The position numbers were made by a program, and so were the translations under genes. 64,000 bases of DNA. Origin: Chlorokybus atmophyticus (Eukaryota > Plantae > Mesostigma and Chlorokybus algae). Positions within the stretch are counted from its first letter, which is position 1, and the number at the start of each line of letters is the position of its first letter. This document shows, piece by piece, positions 14,199-24,449 of this stretch. The stretch is taken from positions 1,030,916 to 1,094,915 of the forward strand of contig RHPI01001037.1 of NCBI GenBank assembly GCA_009103225.1. Reading direction: 5' to 3'. The notes beneath the pieces were generated by a model. That model ran no database searches. It was not told where the DNA came from and was given only the letters and a program-made list of their open reading frames with translations.

Positions 14199-14832
14199 AT
14201 GGCTACCTCTGATTTGCGTGCTGGTTCCAACCGCGTCAAGTCCCGGCATGAGGAAAGCAGAACCCCGGACGATAAGCGTCCTCGCGTGTGTACCAAGGAG
14301 CTGACAGGACCTTCAAAACTCCTTTTTGACGACAATGGCATACTTCCCGAAGAATTCGACGGACTGACATTTACCAAGGGCGAAGCGGATGCCTTTATCA
14401 AGGATGCAATGCGCATGAGCGATAAATTCAAGCAAGAACATAATGTCGGCATCACAACAGGTATTATTATACATTGTACATCACACATTACCTCAACTTT
14501 ATATACATGCATGATAGTTGATGACAAATTCCCCTCAGGCGGTTGTCGACACTTCCTCATGAAGATACTGGGTCATGATCTTCCCGCCAACACCAAGCGC
14601 ACCATAGCATTCGCAGCTTAGAATCAGGTCTTTATTGAGCTCAACCTCAAACTCAAGGAATCGGGCCTAAAGCCAATTCGCGCCAATCAAATGGTCAAGA
14701 TTGTGGTTGTGTACAAGGCATGCACCTTCAAAGAGGCCAAAATGCTTTCTAATGGTGAGGCTGCCGACTATTTAGATGCCATTTCTGAAGCCGACCCACA
14801 TTACAAGAAAACCAACACCACCACTTAAATGA
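14199..14832 (+). pseudogene. Unknown spliced ORF directly downstream of the Helitron helicase
   Basis: MATSDLRAGSNRVKS...KFKQEHNVGIT, then DDKFPSGGCRHFLMKILG...AA*NQVFIELNLKL...; flanked by gtaagt (~14084)...tgcag and gtatgc...taatag intron-like signals; internal stops. Confidence 0.45.
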
Positions 14833-15062
14833 GGTATGCAACAATTTCCTTTCAATATTATTATCCATAGCAATAACATTCACAGTGTATTTGGTCATAT
14901 GCTAATTGCTAATCCAATTAACTTGTAATAGGTGGCCGATGAGGTGCGTGGTTTACTTGACAAAAGCCGCATGAGCACTACTTTGGCTCTTCCTGCAACA
15001 CCCTTACTCAAAGCCACACGAAGCAACCGTGCCGGAAGCACAAAACCTTGAAGAGCACTCAT

Positions 15063-15330
15063 GGCTTTATGGATTTCCTCCGACACATACATGAAGGCAA
15101 AGTGTGTCTAGGACAAACCAACAACCTGGTACGAAGGTTTCATGAGCATCGACGTCATCCACCATGCAAGATGTTAAAGGATTTGGATTCAACCCAACCT
15201 TTCACCAACCCAGTTGAGATGCGTTCATTGGGGTGGGCAACAATCATGGAGCTGCATATATTGAAGACTAAGTTTATTCGCAAGTATGACTCGCATGGGC
15301 CAATTGATTACAATATAGATCAAGGCAACC
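15063..15330 (+). pseudogene. GIY-YIG endonuclease relic
   Basis: GFMD-FLRHIHEGK-VCLGQTNNLVRRFHEH (degenerate GIY..YIG plus RxxxH), ending IRKYDSHGPIDYN (resembles the C-terminal GYN motif). Confidence 0.7.
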
Positions 15331-15697
15331 CATCCAAGTTTGGAGGGGGGGGGGGGGGGGANGTTAGCGTAAGAATCCCAATTTTGGTAGATGAAAGCGG
15401 TAACAGGCAGACTTAGTAATAAGCGAACATGTTGTAAAAGTAGAAATATACATCATATTGTACTTATGCGGAGCATGCCAATAACACTTGACAATATGCA
15501 CAACTTAAAACAACTTGTATACATGCATCATTAAATGTATATACATATATCAAGGGTATATACGCAATGCATCACATTTGCTACAAGTATTTAAGCACTT
15601 ACATCTCACACAAATATGTCAAAGCTTAAGCCGTTATCAAACAAGTTGCATTGCTTACGGATGTATATAACCTAATAGATCAAATTGACACACACCA

Positions 15698-15877
15698 CGC
15701 CGTCGCCATGGCCATCGCCATTACCATCACCATCGCCATAATTTTTGCAATCGCCGTCGCCATCACCATTACAACCACCGTCGCCGTCGCCGTCGCCATA
15801 ATTTTTGCCATCGCCGTCGCCATCGCCGTCACTATCGCCGTCACCGTTGCTGCCGCGACACATGCCATCGCCATCAT
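15698..15877. repeat. (GCCATC/GCCGTC)n hexamer minisatellite, followed by (TATAGT)n/(TA)n at ~15895-15942
   Basis: Directly visible. Accounts for the spurious GDGDG/AIAVA ORFs. Confidence 0.95.
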
Positions 15878-16181
15878 CATAAAACAAGTACAAATATATA
15901 TATAGTTATAGTTATAGTTATAGTTATATATATATATATATATCACTATAAACAATCTCAACAATAGCAAAACTACCTAAACAGTTGACTTGCAAAATTG
16001 CACAACCATTAAACTTGCAACCAGCAACACATTAAATCAAACAATCATCGAGCTGATCTCCATCAGCAAAAGTTACCACATTACACAGGAATAGCATTAC
16101 CAATGGTAAACATGTTAAAAATATACACCAAATGAATGGTTCAGCGACAATCAACTAACAGGAACTCCACCGTATTATTGA

Positions 16182-19100
16182 TCATTGTAACCACTTCAAT
16201 ATTACATGTAGCAATACATGTTTAATCTGCAGAAACAACATGTAAGTGACAAGTTAACACGAATTTATATCAACAAACCACATCAACATTTGAAACACAC
16301 CTCAAGTTTGTCCTCTTTATTGCCATGACGTCGGGGAAGAGCACGAAGCTCTTGTGTCATCTTCAAGCACTGACCAACACTTTCCGAAGCAACAAAATCC
16401 ATAGCCATCTTGATACACGACTGATTAAACAACCTAAATAACACACAATCAAAAAGCCAACACCGCAAACTACACAACCAGCATTACCTTGAAGTTGCAT
16501 ACTTGGTGTAGACATCTTGCAGGGATGAAGATAGCGTCTCCATGATATTACACGATTTGCCACGGTACCACACCTGAGAGATGTACTCAATTTAGGAGTG
16601 TCCAACTGAAGACAACGACTGTATTCAACACAAATTTCATTTTGGCTTACCATACTGTCTGTGAAGATCTTGCAAATGCTCCACTTTAAGGAAAAAGCTT
16701 TGGTCATGGATAGGTATGACCACATGCAATATAATATCACGACAAAAGAAACGAATGCACAACTTGTGAGTTGAACTACACTGCTAACAAACCTTCTCAA
16801 GTCCATTGTGACCTTCCTGAAATTGTTGAAGATTCTCCACCACACATGTTCGCAACTTATTCACATCTTCGCGCCGAATCATGGTCCAAACTGCTCCTCC
16901 AACGTCCTTCTACGCAACAACCACATTCGATGCACAACACATGTATGCAAACACATATCGCCTCAACCCCAACCCCAGCCACTATGACATCAACACAAAT
17001 CACCTCTATTTGCCTTTTTGGTCTACGCAGCAACTGGGCAGCCGCTTTCGCATCACTCCCGCAAGAACCACAAGTGAACAGTATCACATTAACCTATCAA
17101 CCAAATTGTGCACAACACACTTGATATACCAACAACAACCATGTTATCAAGAAAAAATATACGCTTACTGCATCTGATAAATCCATACAAAGATGGGTAA
17201 CGGAATTTCATTTCCAACCTCCAACTCTTCCTTGCACCCGTAAGCTATATGGAATTTGGGACCAAAATTAGCAGGTATTTGATCCTGAAAATAAATAACA
17301 TGTTAATCGCAAGTTCAAGGCAAGTACACAAACGTGCAATTCACCAGACCGTACCGAAGGTACACAATTGGCTAAGTTGAAGTCACCCTTGCTAGGGTGG
17401 GTATACTCTTCGAAAGGCAACATACTGATGAAATCAACAAATTGCTCCGGCAACACATCCTTAAAACAAGCCTGATAACTTATTGAATCAACACTTGTTA
17501 ACAATTGCAATTGATAGCAATTACATGCATAACACTAGCACATCACCTCAGCTGATCAATCCTTCATTTTAAGGAACCTACGAACATCTTCCTCTCCAAC
17601 CCAACACCCGTTAGCGAAACCGTGAAAAAACCGGAAAGTGGGCACCATAATTGTGGAAATATGCACCACAACCCGATTAGATTAAGATCCATGTGCTCCC
17701 TTCATAGTGCATTTTCATTGATATACACATGCAAGGAGCCACATGGAGTTACCTCATTAAACCCATCACAACCCAAAACAGTAACAGTAGAAGAGATGCG
17801 CACAATGTCCCGGGACAAGTTGCTTGCACTCCATCTGTCACGATTACTCACAACACCTTTAATCACCTTAGGTTCCCCCCGTCGCCAATGAAATTGAAAA
17901 TGCTGCAACCCAAATTTACCTGCACATCTACATGAGTACACCCACTACACAAGCACACAAGAATTGACAGAACTTACATTTGCTCAGCTGCTTCATAGTA
18001 GGTTGCCAGACATTGAATTCCTATGCAAGATAAACATGGCAATAATGGACACACCTTATTTTAAACTGTAAACGGGAGAACACATAAAACTACATGACAC
18101 AGTACCTCAGATGTCTCGTATAGTCCTTGTACACAGGAGAAACAGCAGCGTGGTAATAATTGCAATAAACAACAATACCTCTGTGGAAAACCCCATAAGA
18201 ACAATCGATAGAAAAGAGCACGCTATAGCAGACAATAAAAAACCCACCGATGCATAGAGCGGAACTTGGTATCCCGTTTTTAAACACAAAAAGCACAGGA
18301 CTGCAAAGCACAAGACATCGTCATATGCAAGAGACAATACTATTGTCTCTTGCACATGTATGATACAAATCTTACAACACAAAACACAAAACACCAAACT
18401 GTTCGGGCCTCTTCAGAGACCTCATTGCCAGCTCGCATTTGCATCAAGCAACGTATCGTGGAGTAATTGAAGCTGAACACACGCTGTATGCATACGGTAC
18501 CAACATGGGCACCATTCTTGCACTGTGGACTCTCATGTGGAAAGCTCCACAAATCATTGCGCACATAAATCGTAACTAATACACAAAGTGCAAGTGCCAT
18601 GCACGTCTTGAATACTGCCACGGCATCGGTGGCTACAAAAGGTACGTTAGCAACAACTCGTACTCATACTGATACCTAGCACGCAAATAACATTTACCAG
18701 AACAGATGTTGCCTCAGAATGACTGCTCACTCTGAGTTGAGTCAACTAGTGCACCTCTGCATGTAACAATTAACAAATCAGTCCACGTCACTTGCCCATA
18801 CTCAAGCAAATACATGAACTTACTTAAGGCCATGGCAGCCAGCTAAACTTTCAGAATGGATAGTACAACCGTACATATATGTTGCAAAATGTAATCCGCA
18901 ACACATGCCGCACCAATGCTGCCGAACTTGCAACTAACAGGACTATGACTATTCACCTGCCACTGACATTCATCACGCCATTACACATACAAGCTAGCAA
19001 AGTCCAACTCATCGCCCAACCTTCCGTTGTAGACGATATAGTACATTATCTCAATTTACATCTGGAGGACGCTTCCCCGTTTTTGGGCGGCGGCGCACCT

Positions 19101-20520
19101 GTGGGCACGGAAACGGATGGACTGGCTTCAAGTTCACCTACACAAGCCAATATAATTCATCAGCATCAACAAGAAATAGCACATGTACTACCCAATAGAT
19201 GGAGACGCAACAATATCGTCAACAAGGAAAACTCCAACAATGCCATCCTCATCTGCATCACTATACTATCAGCACACTCCACCGACACACAACATCCACC
19301 ATCAATATCAACCTGCTATGCCACCATCAACAACCACTTGCGCTGACAATGAAGTCCCAACAACTAGCATTGCACCTGCCACTAACCAAACATAAAATGA
19401 CACACCTACAAAAAACCAACAACTACTCAAAACACAACAAACCTATCAGCAGCATGAGAAGTCACTGCCACAGACTTTGCCACTGCATGAACCCCAGCAG
19501 AAGCCGCGCTCACAAGAGCCTCGAATGGTTCAGGTGCAAGCAAAGAAACTGTACCAACACCAACACACACACCTCATCACAGCAAAGAATACCTTCAGCT
19601 ACAACCACTACCTTGCAAGGCAGGAAACGAAGCTGCAAGTTGCCGTGTGGTAGATAACAATGCAGCAACCACAACAGCAATTTCATCCAATTGCACCTGC
19701 AATTGTCACACCTACAAGAAACTAGCATAAACACATTGCAAAGGCCGGACGTAGAAAGCCTATTAAACATACCTGAGTCTGCAATGGAACCAACCCACTC
19801 GCATTGCTACAACCACAACCCGCCACCGCCACCAAAGGATTTGCTGGCACCCACACTTACATGCCAAAGCAATATAGATTTACAGTGCAAAGAATGACCG
19901 AAACAAATGCAAACAAGTACCTGGCCCATGGCTACTAAGAGCAGCTGCCACGGGGCCACCCGAATCAACCACAGGAGCAGCTCCACGCACATGGCCACGC
20001 TTGCCACAAACCTACATCTACACCATCACTCCAACAACTAGCACAACCAACCAACTACAACCTACCTCCAGGTACTCATCAAATGCTGTCTGAGCTCGTG
20101 CCTAAGTACCCCGACACTGCACGACACACAAAAAGCAAATGTACACACTTAGTTATGCATGTGACATGTATTGAACTTACGAAGTCCGATTGATGCTTAA
20201 TTGCTGATCGTTGCAACACAGTTGCATGTGGAAGTCGATCCCCCTTTAAAAAGACCATAAACACATAATGAAAACACAACCAAAAGAGAAAATAGTAAGT
20301 CAATTAACTTACTTGAATTGCACGTGAGAGCTGCTTCGCAAGCTCATCAAGCTCATCAACAAGTTCCTCTTCGCCCACATTTTGACTAATTTGAAAGTAG
20401 CGGCACCACCGAATCCAAATGCACCCGGATTTGGGGCCAGTTACCCTTGCCATTGCTGAGACCAAAATGACAACCCCATTCTTGATTGGCCATTGCTGCA
20501 AAAGAACAAAAAAAAGATCA
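16182..20520 (-). pseudogene. KDM3/JHDM2 (plant JMJ25/IBM1-type) JmjC histone demethylase pseudogene with introns
   Basis: Exons in order on the minus strand: HRCRGSIQDVHGTCTLCISYDLCAQ*F (zinc finger); HFQFHWRRGEPKVIKGV; FFHGF...FLKMKD*; DVLPEQFVDFISMLPFEEYTHP..FNLA; NFGPKFHIAYG..EEL..N[fs]SVTHLCMDLSDAV|NVIL; GGAVWTMIRREDVNKL; PIHDQSFFL..HL..L..YG; VVPWQIV*YHGDAIFIPARCLHQVCNFK; SCIKMAMDFVASESV...EDKLE; IKHVLLHV...*. The part upstream of ~18640 (CHF.LSNGKG, CNC) is only tentative. Confidence 0.9.
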
Positions 20521-22040
20521 ACCAACGCAACTTACACATTAACCACAATTACGTTGACAACAACGCCAGCAAACAACAATACAAACAACTACTCCATCTA
20601 ACAGCAAAAATGCAAATATATGAACATACTCCCACAAGCACATCCATGCTACACATGCAAGAAGTTACCACACATATCCACAACCACCGCACACATATCC
20701 ACAAGCATTTAAAATGTACATATGCTTACTTGGCAATAACAACTGCCGCCTGCTCCTTGCGCTGCTCTTACGCCGCTACCTAGCGCACGACTTGTGACAA
20801 ACACCATCTAACATACACCTTCACCAACGCCCACATGCACCGCCGCCGTTAACGCCGCTGCACAACGCCACCCACAAGCCCGACACAGAGCACAACCCCA
20901 AAGCCGACAACGCTGCCTACGAAACCCAAACCCTAAAACACAACTGCCGCAGGCTACGTGGTAGGCCAGTAACGGTGCTATGCTAAGTACGCGGACGTGG
21001 GTTATCATACGCAACTGAGACACACTCAGTTACTCACAATCATCCCGAGTTACACCATTAGTGGCATGCATAGTGTGACACGCATAAGACCAGCATTCAC
21101 AGCATAAAAGGTCTTATATTACCCTTTTATGTCACACACCACACATGTTATACTAGGGACCCTACTTATATAAGCAGGTAGGCACTTTAGCTGCCAAAGC
21201 GCAGTCAAAAAGTGGATATGATAACAAGCTAAGACTGCCACTTATATATTCCGCGAACTGATTTTAAGCTAGTCACAAATGCCTGCGTAAGTGCATGCTT
21301 AACTGCAGCTAAGCATTTTAACAAGCGTTTATTTGCCGCAACATTATTACCTTCTATTGGGGTCAGTCAGTTACAGCATATATATACACCGCAGAAAACT
21401 GGTCTTTCCCGGTAAATAACACATTAACTGATACTGCTGTGACGTGTACACAAAACAAAAAGTACGGTGGGTACTCAGTCGCATGAGTACGCCGCGACAT
21501 ACCACAGCTAACGCGCACGAATGCGCACAACAAGTGCGACAATACGCCCCTAACCCTAAATCACGACTGCCGCGCACAAACACGCATGAACGTCTAAACC
21601 AAAATACTTAGGAATGCCGTTCAGCCTCCATCTTAGTTCAAATTTGAGCCTGAGAGCCATCACGGACCAAGGTTTTTGGGCCCGAGTTTTAGGGCGGCCC
21701 TAAAACCAGGTTCTAGGCCCTAAAACTGTTCGAGCCCTAAAACGCAAGCGGCCCGAAAGTTTTAGGGCCAGAATGCTACAATCGGCGGGAAGCGACGTCT
21801 CCTGAGCGCATCCCCGCCAACCGCTGGTCAACACGTGTCCAGACTGTGACGGCGGCGGGGTGGGCGGCGGTGGCGGCGGGGCGGGCGGCGGCGGCGGTGG
21901 TTGTGGCGCCGGGGTTTATTGTGCTATCGAGTGTGATATCAGGGGTTGATTCGCTAGACCCTCCCTGCCATTGGTCACCAACGGCGCCCCTGGCTGACTC
22001 TGACAACAAGTGAGGGTGACAGCCCGCACAGGGGAGCAAC

Positions 22041-24379
22041 ATGCCGCAGGTGTGTTGTGATGATGATTGTGGTGGTAGTGATGCTAAGTGTGTGTGTTCT
22101 TGCAGCTTGCTTGCACACGTCTTGTTAATGTGGACACGTTTTTGCAAACAACTGTGCAAGCCCGCACTCTGCCAGCAGCAGACTGCGGGCTTGCAAAGTT
22201 GACTTTTGCAAGCACGCACTCTGCTGCTGGTGGAGTGCGTGCTTGCACAAGGCTTGTCAATGTTGACGTCACTGTGTGTGCAACTGAGCAGGCTTGTCAC
22301 TGTCGTGTTTTTTACCACAACTGTGACATGTGCAAGCACGCACTTTGCCTCTGTGAGAGTGCGTGCTTGCACATGTCTTGTCAGAGTGGACGTGTTGGTG
22401 TGTGCAACTTGTGCATTACTGTCGTCTTTTTGATTGCAACTGTGCAAGCCCGCACTCTACTACTGGCAGAGTGCGGGCTTGCACGAGTCTCATCACTGAG
22501 TGGTGGACGTGTTCGTGTGTGCAACTGTGCAGGCTTGTGCATGTCTTGTCAATGTTGAAGCGAGTGTACTGTCACATGTGCAAGCCCGCACTCTCATAGT
22601 AACAGAGTGCGGGCTTGCACATGTCATGTCAATGTTGACGTGTTGGTGTGTGCAACTGTGTAAGGGCGCACTCTGCTACTGTCTCAAGCGTGCTTGTGAG
22701 CAGTTGTGCATAATGTTGAATGTGGTATTAACTTCGGCGTCCATTGCAGAGAGGGAGACAAGTGTCGAGAGATGATGCAACCCTCCTGGCCCTTCTAGTG
22801 GTTGTCTTCGTGCACCTTGCGCGGCAATGGCAGCAACGACAACGCCGTAGGTTACAATTGCTGCACCATTCAAGGCAGCACCTGTGGTTGTATATACGTT
22901 CACGCAGAGGGCGGTTGTTGTTGCTAGACAGGGCAAGGCAAACACTGTTTCGGCCAAGGCCGGCTAGATATGTGAGAGAACAGACTTGGTTTAAGGCGTT
23001 TATGGCAGGCAGTTGGCCAGACCAGTTCTGGCTTCATCACTGCGTATGTGTCGTGCAAGTTTCTTGCGGTTGTGTGACTTGCTCGAGCCCATCAGACGGT
23101 CAGATACTTCAGCAGACAACACAGTCCCTTTAGAGATGAGAGTTATAATAGGGTTGCATCGGCTGGCACATGGCAGTGACTACCACACTCTATCATTGAC
23201 GTACGCGGTTGGTGTACAAACAGTCGCAGATATTGTAAAGGAGATATTTGCGTACCTCAGATCCTTGGGCAGGCTGTTTATACAATGGCCTACTGGAGAC
23301 AGGTTGGCCCGCGTCATGACTCAGTTTCAGTTGCCAAAGGGCATGATCGGGTGCTGCGGAGCCATTAATGGCAGTCACATACCTATTTGTAAAACACGCA
23401 ACGAGCAATGCGCGGAGTACTACAACCGGAAGGGTCATTACAGTGTCGTCATACAGGTTGACACGCTTGACTCCCATATGTTCACATCCGTTTTAATTTA
23501 ACAAGAATGTGCTCAACAGGCTGTCTGCGATCTGACTGCACGCTTTCACGACTTGCAACTTGGCTTCCCTGCTTCTGTGCATGACGCACGTGTGTTTCGC
23601 CGCTCATCCCTGTGGGGAAGAATTAATGGTGGAGAGATCTTGAGACATCCCATCATGACGTTACCCGTGGGTGAGTACTATTGGTATTCATGTTGTCACA
23701 TGGCCAGGATTAACTATTGCCCTGCATGGTAGGTGATGAGATCCACCCATACCTGCTTGGAGATTCTGGCTACCCAGCATCGCAGCACTTGGTAGTTCCA
23801 TATCCCGATCCCCGCAACGACTCACGCATGCCCCAATTCAAACGTGATTTCAACTTCAGGCATTCAAGTGCACGTATCATCATTAAGCACGTATTCGGTA
23901 AGCTTCCAAGATGCGTTGTGAGAACGTCACATGCGCACGCATTCGAGACAATGCGCACGCACTCGAGGCAATGCGCACACGCGCGAGGGCTGCGGCAGCA
24001 CTCGCACGTGTGCGCATGCAAGGCTTAGATGAAGCACATTGATGCATAATAAACATGATGTGCAGGGGTGTTGAAGACACGTTGGCGTATACTCATGGTG
24101 CCACAAGGCGCTGCGCTGAACTTACGACGCGACACCATCATCTCGGCTGTAGTGCTTCACAATTTCCTGCTAGACTGCGCTGAGGAGGACCCAGAGATCT
24201 TACTGCAGGCACGACAACCTGAGCATCTGAGCGAAGATAACATACGACCTGAAGACCAAAGCCTATGGCCCAGCAACAATGCCAACTACGTACGCGACTT
24301 GCTTGCTGAAACCCAAGAGGTTGAGTCAATGTCAGCTAGCTTTGGTTCAGCAGGAAGCACTTGGTTGTACTTGTCATGA
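22041..24379 (+). pseudogene. Harbinger DDE transposase (HARBI1-like), 4 introns, inactivated
   Basis: LRMCRASFLRL; GAINGSHIPI...YYNRKGHYSVVIQ|AVCD...GFPASVHDARVF; YLLGDSGYP; FNFRHSSARIIIKHVFG|VLKTRWRIL; LHNF. Frameshift near 23035. Catalytic D>N (GAING) and E>K (IIKH). Confidence 0.92.
22155..22700. repeat. Array of 5 (plus 1 degenerate) long hairpins in intron 1 of the transposase
   Basis: Stems TGCAAGC(C/A)CGCACT(CT)-loop-(AG)AGTGCG(G/T)GCTTGCA at 22155-22195, 22207-22247, 22325-22377, 22442-22484 and 22574-22624. Confidence 0.9.
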
Positions 24380-24449
24380 TGCTCACGTCTACAAAGAGAG
24401 CCACAAGCTCAGGTTGCACACACATGTGTGACAATAAAACAATCGAAAT

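Noticed and set aside
15651-15970. GDGDG / AIAVA / MAMAT ORFs
   Set aside because: Translations of a hexamer minisatellite open in several frames on both strands.
22155-22700. CRISPR array interpretation of the hairpin repeats
   Set aside because: Spacers are similar to each other and irregular in length, there are no cas genes, and the array lies in a eukaryotic intron.
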